Below are positions 18,984-27,527 of a stretch of DNA of 64,000 nt, in pieces; the stretch's first letter is position 1, and each line of letters starts with the position of its first letter. Source of the stretch: a virus; the IMG/VR virus record IMGVR_UViG_3300008050_007409, one strand, 5' to 3'. The notes under the pieces were generated by a model. It saw only the letters and a list, made by a program, of their open reading frames with translations. It did not search any database and had not been told where the DNA came from. The position numbers and the translations under genes are program-made.

Positions 18984-19376
18984 TCAGTAGCCCCCACCCG
19001 ACTTCTTCTTCTTCTTCTTCTCGGAGCCACCGCGAGCCTGGGCCAGCTCCAGCTTGTGTCGAGCCTCTATGATCTTCTGCTTCTGGGTCTTGTTCTTGCC
19101 GTGAGCCAGGTAGGCGCCGGCGGCGCCGCCGACGCCCGCACCCACGAAACTCAGCGGGTTGATACGCCCGCCTCCGACCGCGGTACCGAGGTAGCCGCCG
19201 GCGATCTGACCTCCCAAGGCACCACCCCAGGAGCGGGCCCTCTTGCCCTTCTCAGCACCGACAGGGGCTCCGAGGGCAAGGATGCCGGGGATGGCACCGC
19301 CGACGGCTGCGCCTTCGCGAGAGCCGGCGATCTTGGTGAGTTCATCGTTGAACGCGAGGAAGAGTCGAGGGTTCAC
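18984..19376 (-). CDS. Glycine-zipper basic protein with FxxExxKxA leader
   Basis: Starts MNPRLFLAFNDELTKIAG; GxxxG repeats; poly-Lys tail. Confidence 0.72.
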   Translation of the reverse strand: MNPRLFLAFNDELTKIAGSREGAAVGGAIPGILALGAPVGAEKGKRARSWGGALGGQIAGGYLGTAVGGGRINPLSFVGAGVGGAAGAYLAHGKNKTQKQKIIEARHKLELAQARGGSEKKKKKKSGGGY

Positions 19377-20023
19377 AGCTGGAGCTCCTTGATCTGCTGA
19401 TCGATGAGGCGATTGTAGCCTGCCAGCGTCTCTCGGACACTGATCACGTTGTTGACCTGGACGTCGACGAAGTCCTGGGGATCTTGAATCATTCCGCTGG
19501 ACCTGTCCAGCCGAGCTCGCACAGCATCGTGGTCTCGGACGATCCGCCGACCACGATCATACTCATCCAGCTCGTGTTGGAGGATGTCAAGGGGCTCCTC
19601 CAGGAACCATGTAGCATCCTCCAGGCAGCAGGACAGGGCGTAGCCCGTGACCTCGCCTGAGAACTCGTGCTCCTTGATCAGGGCAGCGGTGGTCAGGATG
19701 ACTGCGATGCTCTCCGCCTCCAGAGGCTGGAAGTGCGAGAAGACTGGGATCTCCCCCACCAGAGCCAGGCCACAGTTCTCGAAGATCTCCATGTGGAGCC
19801 AGAAGCCGTCGTGCCCCGCCATGATCCTGGCAGCCTGGATGCGTTCCCAGGTCAGCGGTCCGGGATCTCCCCACCGCTCGCCCAGCTCCAAGCGCAAAGC
19901 GACCGAGTCCCAGGCGAGGAACTCAGGTCCGAGCTCCCTCAGCAGGAACTTCAGCAGCGGGTAGAGGTGCAGTCCGCGCTCGTCGTCGAGCAGCCGCACC
20001 CGCCTGGCGACGGCTTGGGTCAT
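19373..20023 (-). CDS. Hypothetical protein
   Basis: Likely start is ATG 20023 (MTQAVARR...), with ATGA overlap to the upstream gene. Confidence 0.7.
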   Translation of the reverse strand: MTQAVARRVRLLDDERGLHLYPLLKFLLRELGPEFLAWDSVALRLELGERWGDPGPLTWERIQAARIMAGHDGFWLHMEIFENCGLALVGEIPVFSHFQPLEAESIAVILTTAALIKEHEFSGEVTGYALSCCLEDATWFLEEPLDILQHELDEYDRGRRIVRDHDAVRARLDRSSGMIQDPQDFVDVQVNNVISVRETLAGYNRLIDQQIKELQL

Positions 20024-20316
20024 GTGTTCAAGAGTCCCTGTAGACGGCGGTCCTCCATGGACTTGTACCTGTCGGTGATCTTCTTGGAAGCCCCCATGTT
20101 GCGAGACCTGACGGAGTGCCAAGAAGCTCGGTCGAGTGCCTGGGCAGCTGGCTTCACGTTGGGCTTCACTCCAGCCCCGCCGTGGGCGCGGGCCATGGAC
20201 CGCCAGCTCATGGACTCGTGAGGCCGTACCGACTTCAAGAACGACTTCGCCCTGGCGTTCATCGTCCCGATCTTCTCGAGCTCGTCAGAGAAGGCGTGCA
20301 TCAGAAGCGGGTTCAT
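20020..20316 (-). CDS. Small basic protein with FxxExxKxG leader
   Basis: Starts MNPLLMHAFSDELEKIGT. Confidence 0.7.
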   Translation of the reverse strand: MNPLLMHAFSDELEKIGTMNARAKSFLKSVRPHESMSWRSMARAHGGAGVKPNVKPAAQALDRASWHSVRSRNMGASKKITDRYKSMEDRRLQGLLNT

Positions 20317-20318
20317 GG

Positions 20319-21440
20319 TCAGCTCCGAGCCTCGGTGGCGAGGCGGGCCAGGGTCACCTTGTCAGGAGCAGGCATCGAGTTGAAGACGGCGACTGGGTTC
20401 TTGCAGAAGCCCTGCCGGACCTTGGCGCCGAAGGCCTGCTCGACGAGCTCGGGGCACTTCTCGGCCAGGTGGCAGATGTCGGCGTCGGTGGTGCGCTCGA
20501 CGCCGGCCTTCAGGATCTTGCTGGGGGCGTCACTCGACGCCGTCTTGCTCATCCCGAACTGGGTCGGACGCATGAAGAACGTCGAGTACCAGGGATCGGG
20601 GATGTGGCTGTTCCAGGCCTTGTCCAGTCCGCAGTCCCGGTCGAAGGTCTCCAAGGTCTGGGCGAAGGTCTCCGGATCCAGGTGATCCTTCGCGGCGGCC
20701 ACCTTCTCCAGGAGGGACACGGCGTCCGGGTCGTTCATGTCCATGAGGTAGTGGTGCCGCACGTCGATGAAGGCCTGGAGCTGGTCGCTGTACCCAGGGC
20801 TGGCGTAGCTGGCGATGCCCGCGCCTACCGGCAGCCCTGCACGACCCTTCGCCGCGGCCGTCTTGACGGCGAACTCCCGGCGCTGGCGGAAGGTGAACTT
20901 GTGCTTCTCGGTGTCGAAGTACTTCTCGGCCGCCTCGGCGTTCTCGGCGTCCTTCAGCGGGTAGAGCTTCTCTCCGCTGGCGGTCTCCTCGAGGGCGTAC
21001 TGCACCTCGGCCCGAGCGTCGGCGTCCTGCGTGGTCGGTCGGATGACCGCGGCGGGGCGATGGCGGGAGATGTCGACGACGTTGGTGGCGATGTCCTCGC
21101 TCTCGGCCAGCTTCTCGATCAGATCCGTGACCGGCATCCCGTAGGACTCCATGGCCATCTTGAGCATGACCGCCGCCGTCTTCTGCGCATCTCCGGGCAG
21201 AGCCTCGTGGGTGCCGTGGAAGTAGACCGAGCTCAGCCAGGCGTTCCCGGCGTCGCTGATCGGGTAGCGGGGGATGGTCTTGTCGCCGTCCACCATGACC
21301 ACTGCGAACTGGTTGGGGTGAGCGTCGCGTGAGACCGCGGAGGCGGTCTTGACGAAGTCGGGGATCAGGCTCTGATCAGGGATCAGCTCCTTGAGAGTCC
21401 CGCCCATGTCGTCGTAGAAGTCGAGGACAGCAGCGCGCAT
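20319..21440 (-). CDS. Putative head protein with K-x-A sites and an internal repeat
   Basis: Start ATG 21440 (MRAAVLDFYDD). Contains KTAS/KTAA/EKLA/EKVA motifs and the repeat YPISDAGNAWLSSVYF / YPLKDAENAEAAEKYF. Confidence 0.75.
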   Translation of the reverse strand: MRAAVLDFYDDMGGTLKELIPDQSLIPDFVKTASAVSRDAHPNQFAVVMVDGDKTIPRYPISDAGNAWLSSVYFHGTHEALPGDAQKTAAVMLKMAMESYGMPVTDLIEKLAESEDIATNVVDISRHRPAAVIRPTTQDADARAEVQYALEETASGEKLYPLKDAENAEAAEKYFDTEKHKFTFRQRREFAVKTAAAKGRAGLPVGAGIASYASPGYSDQLQAFIDVRHHYLMDMNDPDAVSLLEKVAAAKDHLDPETFAQTLETFDRDCGLDKAWNSHIPDPWYSTFFMRPTQFGMSKTASSDAPSKILKAGVERTTDADICHLAEKCPELVEQAFGAKVRQGFCKNPVAVFNSMPAPDKVTLARLATEARS

Positions 21441-21467
21441 CAGGTGTCTCCGGGAGAGCAGGATCTT

Positions 21468-21487
21468 CAGTCTACCTCGTATAAGAG
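21468..21487. promoter_or_regulatory. Divergent promoter region between the morphogenesis and replication blocks
   Basis: TAGACTG on the minus strand (21474-21468) and GTATAAGAG on the plus strand (21479-21487). Confidence 0.45.
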
Positions 21488-21537
21488 GTCGACACGCACC
21501 CATAGCATCCAGCAGCCTCAGGAGGCGAGTAGATCCA

Positions 21538-21975
21538 ATGAGCAGTAGTAACCAGAGCCTGTACCATCAGCTCCTGAAGAGGTCCAAGAGCGGAAGCTCC
21601 GAAGACAGCTCCAGCAAGGGCGGACGGTACGGGTTCGGAGGGTCCAAGGGTGGGGGCGGCCGCTTCCACGGGACCACCAAGAAGAAGAAGAGTCAGGGGC
21701 AGGATCGAGAGAGGTCCAGGGACCGCGAGCATGCGGAACCTGTGATCCGCGAAGGGCGGGTCCTGCGAGCAGACGACACCGACAGGGACCTGGCGTACAG
21801 GCCCCCCGCACCGCGCCAGGATCAGGCCATCACCTGGCGTCCGCCCACCTTCGCCGACATCATGGTCGACCTGGGACTCCGCATCGTCGAGGTGGGCATC
21901 GCCTCCATGGCGCAGGAGATCGCCTACTTCTTCACCCGCCGCCGGTTCATGCCCAAGTACCTCCGGCAGGGTTGA
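21538..21975 (+). CDS. Hypothetical protein with disordered Ser/Gly/Lys-rich N-terminus
   Basis: AGGAGG RBS; first gene of the plus-strand block. Confidence 0.7.
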   Translation: MSSSNQSLYHQLLKRSKSGSSEDSSSKGGRYGFGGSKGGGGRFHGTTKKKKSQGQDRERSRDREHAEPVIREGRVLRADDTDRDLAYRPPAPRQDQAITWRPPTFADIMVDLGLRIVEVGIASMAQEIAYFFTRRRFMPKYLRQG

Positions 21976-21982
21976 TGGATCG

Positions 21983-22029
21983 CTCCGATTCTGATAGCAC
22001 ATAGTATCACCCGCTATCAGGAGTCGGAG
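21983..22029 (+). promoter_or_regulatory. Inverted repeat covering the RBS of the RHH gene
   Basis: ctccgattctgatagc ... gctatcaggagtcggag, near-perfect complementary arms. Confidence 0.6.
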
Positions 22030-22211
22030 TGGCTGACAAGGAAGACCCTTACGTCCCGATGATGGCGTACCCACGACAGTCCCAGAAGGACTGGCTGGAC
22101 GAGCTCAACAAGAAGACGCGGGTCCCTACGGCTGCCCGTGTCCGAGAAGCTCTCGACCTCTTGAAGGAGAAGCACTCGCCCCAGACCGTGAAGCCTCAGG
22201 AACAGGGGTAG
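22029..22211 (+). CDS. Ribbon-helix-helix DNA-binding protein
   Basis: MMAYPRQSQKDWLDELNKKTRVPTAARVREALDLL fits the RHH pattern. Confidence 0.7.
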   Translation: MADKEDPYVPMMAYPRQSQKDWLDELNKKTRVPTAARVREALDLLKEKHSPQTVKPQEQG

Positions 22212-22217
22212 ACGACT

Positions 22218-22619
22218 GTGCTGGGGCCACTGATCTGCAAGCTCAGGAAGCGTCTGCCGCACTACGCGAAGGCGTCGAGGTTCGCCTCGGCCCTTGGATG
22301 CACCCGTGAGCACTATCGACGGATCGAGGCGGGGACCGGATTCCCTTCTCGGGCCTTGATGACGCGGATCATCGCAGAGTTGGAGGTCGGCGACGACCAA
22401 GCTGACGGCCTCTGGATTGCCTGGGGCCTGTCGAGCATCCCGAAGGGGGTGAGCGGCAACCTCCTGGTCCTGCGACGGGACCAGGCGGGACTTCAGACCA
22501 CCCAGGCCGTCCTCGAGGAGCTCCTCCTCATGTACGACCTGAGCCCCGAAGACGGAGAAGACTTGAAGAAGATCATCACTGAGACCTTGACGAAGGAGGA
22601 GACCCTGTGGCGCGCCTGA
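22218..22619 (+). CDS. XRE-family helix-turn-helix protein
   Basis: ASRFASALGCTREHYRRIEAGTGFPS. Confidence 0.72.
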   Translation: MLGPLICKLRKRLPHYAKASRFASALGCTREHYRRIEAGTGFPSRALMTRIIAELEVGDDQADGLWIAWGLSSIPKGVSGNLLVLRRDQAGLQTTQAVLEELLLMYDLSPEDGEDLKKIITETLTKEETLWRA

Positions 22620-23968
22620 GGCTCATGCGCCCGGACCGCGGCTACCGGAAGGACTTCCTCTGGCTGCCTAAGAAGAGCATCAAGAACCTGAGGGGGATGA
22701 AGTCCGCCCTCTCCTTCACCCGAGAAGGTGAAGCACCGATCTACGCCTGGGACGAGACGGACACGCACCTCATCGTCCCTCGGGAGTTCATCCCGGTCAG
22801 CCACTACCCGGAGCTGAACTTCGAGATCGAGGACCGCATCGACTGGGACTTCCCCCGCGTCGACTTCCGAGCCACCAGCACGCTGCGTGACGCCGTCCAG
22901 AACCTGGCCTTCAGCGCCTTGGTGGACAACGGCAGCGGCATCCTCTCCCTGAGCTGCGGCAAGGGGAAGACCGTGATCGGCCTGCACGCCGCGGCCGCCG
23001 TCGGGATGCCGACGATGATCGTGGTCAACACCTCCGACCTGGCTCATCAGTGGAAGAGCCGGATCATGGAGCACACGAACCTTCGAGAGAAGGACATCGG
23101 GTGGATTCAGGGCAAGAAGTGGGACTGGGAAGGCAAGGCGATCTGCATCGCCATGGTCCAGACCCTGTCCTCTCGGGTTGCTGAGATCCCCGCAGAGCTC
23201 AGCCGACACTTCGGCGTGGTGATCTACGACGAAGTGCACATCCTCGGAGCCCCCTACTTCAACCTGACCGCGGGGATCTTCAAGGGCATCCGGTGGGGAC
23301 TCTCCGCGACCTGGGAGCGTAGCGATGGCCTCGAGCAGCTCTACATGTACCACCTCGGGGAGATCCTCTACGAGAACCTGGACCACGACATCATCCCTGA
23401 GATCTTCTTCATGCAGACCGGCGTGAAGTTCCCCAAGAAGATGGGGGAGATGAAGAAGCTCCGGGACGTGACGGGCGAGTTGTCCATCCCTAAGATCCAC
23501 TCCTGGCTCTCAGAGCACCAAGGCCGGAACGCCTTCATCGGGGAGCAGCTCGACTCCGCCCTGGATGAGGGACGGAAGATCCTGGTCCTGGGCGAGCGCA
23601 TCCCGCAGCTCCGGATGTTCCACGGCGCGTACAAGCCGAAGGCGGGGCTGATCTACGGCAAGGTGAAGGGGAAGGACCGCGAGGCCCAGCTCCAGAACTA
23701 CGACGTGGTGTTCGCCATCGCAGCCCTCGCCAAGCAGGGACTCGACCGGAAGGAGCTGGACACCCTGTTCATCCTCCTGCCCTTCACCGACGAGGGGCGC
23801 TTCCGTCAGATGATGGGCAGGATCCAGAGGGCCTACAAGGACAAGTACCCGCCCTTCGTGATCATCTTCGAGGACGAGAACGTCAAGACCCACCAGAACA
23901 TGTGCCGGAGGCTGCGCAGGCACCTCAACGCACTGAAGTACCCCTACCACATCGTGAAGGCAGCCTGA
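22607..23968 (+). CDS. Superfamily 2 DExH helicase (UvsW/Rad25-like)
   Basis: LRDAVQ, SCGKGKT, DEVH, GLSAT, QGLD, QMMGRIQR. Confidence 0.9.
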   Translation: MARLRLMRPDRGYRKDFLWLPKKSIKNLRGMKSALSFTREGEAPIYAWDETDTHLIVPREFIPVSHYPELNFEIEDRIDWDFPRVDFRATSTLRDAVQNLAFSALVDNGSGILSLSCGKGKTVIGLHAAAAVGMPTMIVVNTSDLAHQWKSRIMEHTNLREKDIGWIQGKKWDWEGKAICIAMVQTLSSRVAEIPAELSRHFGVVIYDEVHILGAPYFNLTAGIFKGIRWGLSATWERSDGLEQLYMYHLGEILYENLDHDIIPEIFFMQTGVKFPKKMGEMKKLRDVTGELSIPKIHSWLSEHQGRNAFIGEQLDSALDEGRKILVLGERIPQLRMFHGAYKPKAGLIYGKVKGKDREAQLQNYDVVFAIAALAKQGLDRKELDTLFILLPFTDEGRFRQMMGRIQRAYKDKYPPFVIIFEDENVKTHQNMCRRLRRHLNALKYPYHIVKAA

Positions 23969-24756
23969 TGGACTCAGACACCAAGATCGAGATGCTCCAG
24001 GCCTTGCGACTCCAGTACGTCGGTGGTCAGGACCCGGATGATCCGGAGTCGGTCATCTCCCCCTGCCAGCGATGCGACCTCTGCCGGCCCCGAGCTCGGC
24101 AGAGGACCCACGTAGTCTTCGGAGGTCCCAACGTCGACGCAGACGTGATGATCATCGGAGAGGCTCCCAGGGGGAAGGAGGACCGCTACAACGGCCTCTT
24201 CTGGGAGGACACCCCTGTCGGCGCCATGGTCGACAACTTCCTGAAGTCCATGAACGTCACCCGCGACGACGTGTGGTTCGACAGCATGGTCTCCTGCCGG
24301 GCGACGGAAGCGGGGGATGCCTCCAGGGACCGGCCGCCGAACAAGGACGAGCTCGCCGCCTGCCGGGAACGCCTCTACGAGGTGATCCGCATCGTGGACC
24401 CCAAGGTCGTCATCCTCCTGGGCAAGGCCGCCCTCAAGCTGGCCAAGAAGTGGGGGGACTACGAGGACAAGGAGCTGGTGCCCTGCAAGACGGGGATCAC
24501 CTCCATCGCCCAGGAACCGGACCCCCTCCGCCTCTGCGTGGAGATCCCAGGCGTGCTGCGGCCCGTCCGCTTCTCGGCCTTCGCAACCTTCAACCCCGCC
24601 TACCTGCTCCGACTCAAGGACGCAGACCTGAAGCGGACGAATTCTGACCTGGAGATGGCCTGGCGGGTGTGGCGACACGCCTTCCGCATGGCCGACTCCT
24701 TCAACTACGTCTACGAGGGGACCATCCCCCCGCAGCGCGGCATCGACACGGAGTGA
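23968..24756 (+). CDS. Uracil-DNA glycosylase family 4-like protein (Fe-S cluster), divergent active site
   Basis: CQRCDLC, IIGEAP, VSCR...PPNKDELAAC, PKVVILLG, TFNPAYLLR. Start ATG 23968. Confidence 0.82.
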   Translation: MDSDTKIEMLQALRLQYVGGQDPDDPESVISPCQRCDLCRPRARQRTHVVFGGPNVDADVMIIGEAPRGKEDRYNGLFWEDTPVGAMVDNFLKSMNVTRDDVWFDSMVSCRATEAGDASRDRPPNKDELAACRERLYEVIRIVDPKVVILLGKAALKLAKKWGDYEDKELVPCKTGITSIAQEPDPLRLCVEIPGVLRPVRFSAFATFNPAYLLRLKDADLKRTNSDLEMAWRVWRHAFRMADSFNYVYEGTIPPQRGIDTE

Positions 24757-24759
24757 CCC

Positions 24760-25350
24760 TTGAGCATTGAGACCAAGATCGCCGAGACCAAGAAGGCGAT
24801 CATCAAGAAGGCCAAGGCCCTGGCCAACGTCCTGCAGACCCTCCGGGAGTCTGACGAGTACATCCAGGAGACCCAGGCCGACAAGGTGGCAGAGATCACC
24901 AAGCTGGAGAAGCGGCGGGAGGGCATCGACAACAAGATCGCCCAGCTCCGTCTGGCGATCGACGAGGCCGACCCCGAGAACACCCAGCTGGTCGAGGACA
25001 AGCAGAACGAGGCGGCTCGACTGGAGAAGGAGATCAAGGCCCTCGCCCACGGCATGCCCGTCGAGTGCCTGATGAAGAAGGGCTTCAAGGTCGTCGACGA
25101 CGAGGACAACGTGTCCGTGTCCGTCACGGTCTCCAAGGCCCAGATCGTCACGGCCTTCAACGCCGAGGCCCTGCTCGAGGAGTTCCCCGAGCTCGTGGCT
25201 CAGGAGATCGACGGAGACTTCGTCGTGGTCCGCACCATCGACGCAGCTGTGCTGGAGCGCCTGGTCGAGCAGGAGGACGTCTCCAAGGACGTCTACAAGC
25301 ACCGGACCACCGCCAAGGCCAAGAACCCCAGCGTCCGGATCGCAACGTGA
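24760..25350 (+). CDS. Hypothetical coiled-coil protein
   Basis: 196-aa ORF with typical codon usage. Confidence 0.7.
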   Translation: MSIETKIAETKKAIIKKAKALANVLQTLRESDEYIQETQADKVAEITKLEKRREGIDNKIAQLRLAIDEADPENTQLVEDKQNEAARLEKEIKALAHGMPVECLMKKGFKVVDDEDNVSVSVTVSKAQIVTAFNAEALLEEFPELVAQEIDGDFVVVRTIDAAVLERLVEQEDVSKDVYKHRTTAKAKNPSVRIAT

Positions 25351-25730
25351 GCGACTCCTCATCCCCCTACGGCTTCCTCAGGCGCAAGAAGGGGGCCCGA
25401 AAGCGGGCCTCCGTGACACCTCGGAACGAGGACGAGCGGGTCATCGCTGACCGCGAGACCACCGAAGACGGTGGCCAGGGCGTGCTCGCCACCCAGCCCA
25501 TGGGGTCCGTCGGACTCTCCCTCACGGTCGGCATGAGCACGAAGTTCGCCCGCGAGAAGATCGAGATCACTGTCTGGGAGACCCAGCCGGTGTTCTTGGA
25601 CCCGGCCGACAAGCGGCGGGCTCGCGAAGAGATCAACGCCAGCTTGACCAAGGAAGCCGCCGAGCGTCTCGACGCCGCGGTACGTGAGTTCTTCCCACAC
25701 ATGCTCGAGGACGACACCGATGCCGACTGA
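25347..25730 (+). CDS. Hypothetical protein
   Basis: GTG 25347 overlaps the upstream TGA; this is the C-terminal part of ORF 25065..25730. Confidence 0.65.
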   Translation: MSDSSSPYGFLRRKKGARKRASVTPRNEDERVIADRETTEDGGQGVLATQPMGSVGLSLTVGMSTKFAREKIEITVWETQPVFLDPADKRRAREEINASLTKEAAERLDAAVREFFPHMLEDDTDAD

Positions 25731-26022
25731 GTACCCTCCCGGAACCGGGCCCGTCATCAAGGGCGTCGGGGTCATGGAGCTCAACATCAAGCTGGGTGGA
25801 CAGAACCCGGTGGTCTTCTACGGCGTCGCCTACCTGGACGGTGGCGGGCAGACGATGGGCCAGGTCCGCTGCAACGTGATGAGCCCGGAGGCGCAGGCGC
25901 TCCTGGACGCCTTCGTTACCCAGCTGGAGTCCGACTTCATCGAGGTCTCGGGCACTGAGCTCCACGATCCCGAGAGCATCATGGAACCCTCGGGAGACGG
26001 CCTGACCTACCCTGCGCCGTGA
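25720..26022 (+). CDS. Hypothetical protein
   Basis: ATG 25720 (MPTEYPPG...) with GAGG upstream. Confidence 0.65.
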   Translation: MPTEYPPGTGPVIKGVGVMELNIKLGGQNPVVFYGVAYLDGGGQTMGQVRCNVMSPEAQALLDAFVTQLESDFIEVSGTELHDPESIMEPSGDGLTYPAP

Positions 26023-26036
26023 GGGAAGTAGGGTCG

Positions 26037-26065
26037 TTGACCGCCCGGTACTCGTCCAATAGGAT
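26037..26065 (+). promoter_or_regulatory. Sigma-70-type promoter upstream of the helicase
   Basis: TTGACC-17 nt-TAGGAT in intergenic DNA. Confidence 0.65.
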
Positions 26066-26080
26066 GGGTGGGCTGAACTA

Positions 26081-26131
26081 CTTCCGGCGCTGTTGCGGTC
26101 TTCGCAAACCTCCTTCAGCAGCGCCAGGAAG
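26081..26131 (+). promoter_or_regulatory. Structured 5' leader (long stem-loop) of the helicase gene
   Basis: cttccggcgctgttg pairs with cagcagcgcc(a)ggaag; the loop contains ACCTCCTT. Confidence 0.55.
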
Positions 26132-26152
26132 GCATACCCTTCGGAGCGGTAG

Positions 26153-27499
26153 ATGAATCACGACATGGCGCTCGTTGCGCAGGTGTTGGAGACTGGGGAC
26201 TACAAACAGGCCGTCAAGTCCGGCCTGAAGAAAGCGATGCTGGGCGACCGTGCAGCGCTGTACTGGGACATCCTCGGGGACTTCTACGAGGAGCACCGGA
26301 AGGTCCCCTCGGTGGACCTGTTCAAGTCCCTCTGCCCCGACTACGATCACCATCCGACCGACGATCCGATGGACTCGCTGGTGCAGGAGATCAAGACGAT
26401 CTACCTGGGGTCGGAGCTCAACCGGATCCTGAACATCCTGGTGGACGAGAACTCCTCGGACCCCTGGGAGGCGAAGAAGACTCTGGTGCGCCTGGCAGAC
26501 GAGGTCAACTCGCAGCACCAGCTCAGGAACACCAGGGTCGTGGCCGGCGAGAAGGGCGACTACGTCCTGAACATGCTGAGGCGCCTGCGCGACGGCACCG
26601 GGATGCTGGGCATGAAGTGGCCCTTCAAGGCGCTCAACGCCTGCACACCTGGGATCATGCCCGGCAACGTGATCTACCTCTACGGTCGGCAGAAGTCGAA
26701 GAAGACCTGGCTCCTCCTCCAGATGGCCCTCCACTTCTACTTCATGGGCCACCGCGTCCTGCTGTTCACAGGGGAGATGACCACGGAGGAGCTCCACTGG
26801 CGTCTGGCAGCTCTGGTCCTGGCGATCCCCCTCAACGACTTCAACAAGGGCAAGGTCACCCGCCTGGGCGAGGAGACCATCAAGGAGGTCATGGACGAGC
26901 TGCTCAAGACGGGGCGGCTGATCTTCTCCGAGAGCTACGAAGGCCTGGCCGAGTACAAGGCTGAGATCGAGGACGTGCAGCCGGACATCGTGCTGCATGA
27001 CTACTGGAAGCTCATGGCCGACGACCTCATGGAGCACCGGAGGATCTCGGAGAAGGCCGCCGTCGACCGCACCATCGACGCCCTGGTCAAGTTCCACAGG
27101 AAGTGCAAGATCCCCGCCATCGTCTGCGGTCACGCCAACCGAGAGGGCGACAAGTCCAAGGGGAAGGGCAGCACCGAGCACGCGTGGAGTGACCACATCA
27201 CTCGCCGCGTCCATGCTGCTCTGCGGGTGATCAAGAGCCCGGACGAGACCAAGCTGGGCATCGTCGTCAACGCAGGCCGGAACATGCCCGAGGACGTGGT
27301 CTTCACGCTGGACGGGACGCTCTGCTACAACTTCGGCGAGGAGCTGGACGTGGACCACAACTGGATCTGGACCAGTGACGCCGCGTCCGATGCCTCGTCG
27401 GCGAGTTCGACGAAGAAGGACAAGGAGCCCGCGTCCACGTCGGCGCTCGACGCCATCAAGAAGGGAGCCTTCAGGGGCTTCAAGAAGAAGAGGAGCTGA
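26153..27499 (+). CDS. DnaB-like replicative helicase
   Basis: GMKWPFKALN, Walker A YGRQKSKKT, FTGEM, Walker B VLHDY, GHANR. Confidence 0.85.
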   Translation: MNHDMALVAQVLETGDYKQAVKSGLKKAMLGDRAALYWDILGDFYEEHRKVPSVDLFKSLCPDYDHHPTDDPMDSLVQEIKTIYLGSELNRILNILVDENSSDPWEAKKTLVRLADEVNSQHQLRNTRVVAGEKGDYVLNMLRRLRDGTGMLGMKWPFKALNACTPGIMPGNVIYLYGRQKSKKTWLLLQMALHFYFMGHRVLLFTGEMTTEELHWRLAALVLAIPLNDFNKGKVTRLGEETIKEVMDELLKTGRLIFSESYEGLAEYKAEIEDVQPDIVLHDYWKLMADDLMEHRRISEKAAVDRTIDALVKFHRKCKIPAIVCGHANREGDKSKGKGSTEHAWSDHITRRVHAALRVIKSPDETKLGIVVNAGRNMPEDVVFTLDGTLCYNFGEELDVDHNWIWTSDAASDASSASSTKKDKEPASTSALDAIKKGAFRGFKKKRS

Positions 27500-27527
27500 G
27501 ACAGATCACAAGGGAGAGGAAGCGGCA

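Noticed and set aside
18984-19376. Bacteriocin / RiPP precursor reading of the glycine-rich tagged peptides
   Set aside because: The leader is not a double-glycine type, no peptidase-ABC transporter or modifying enzymes are nearby, and the same tag occurs on large enzyme-bearing proteins in virion operons.
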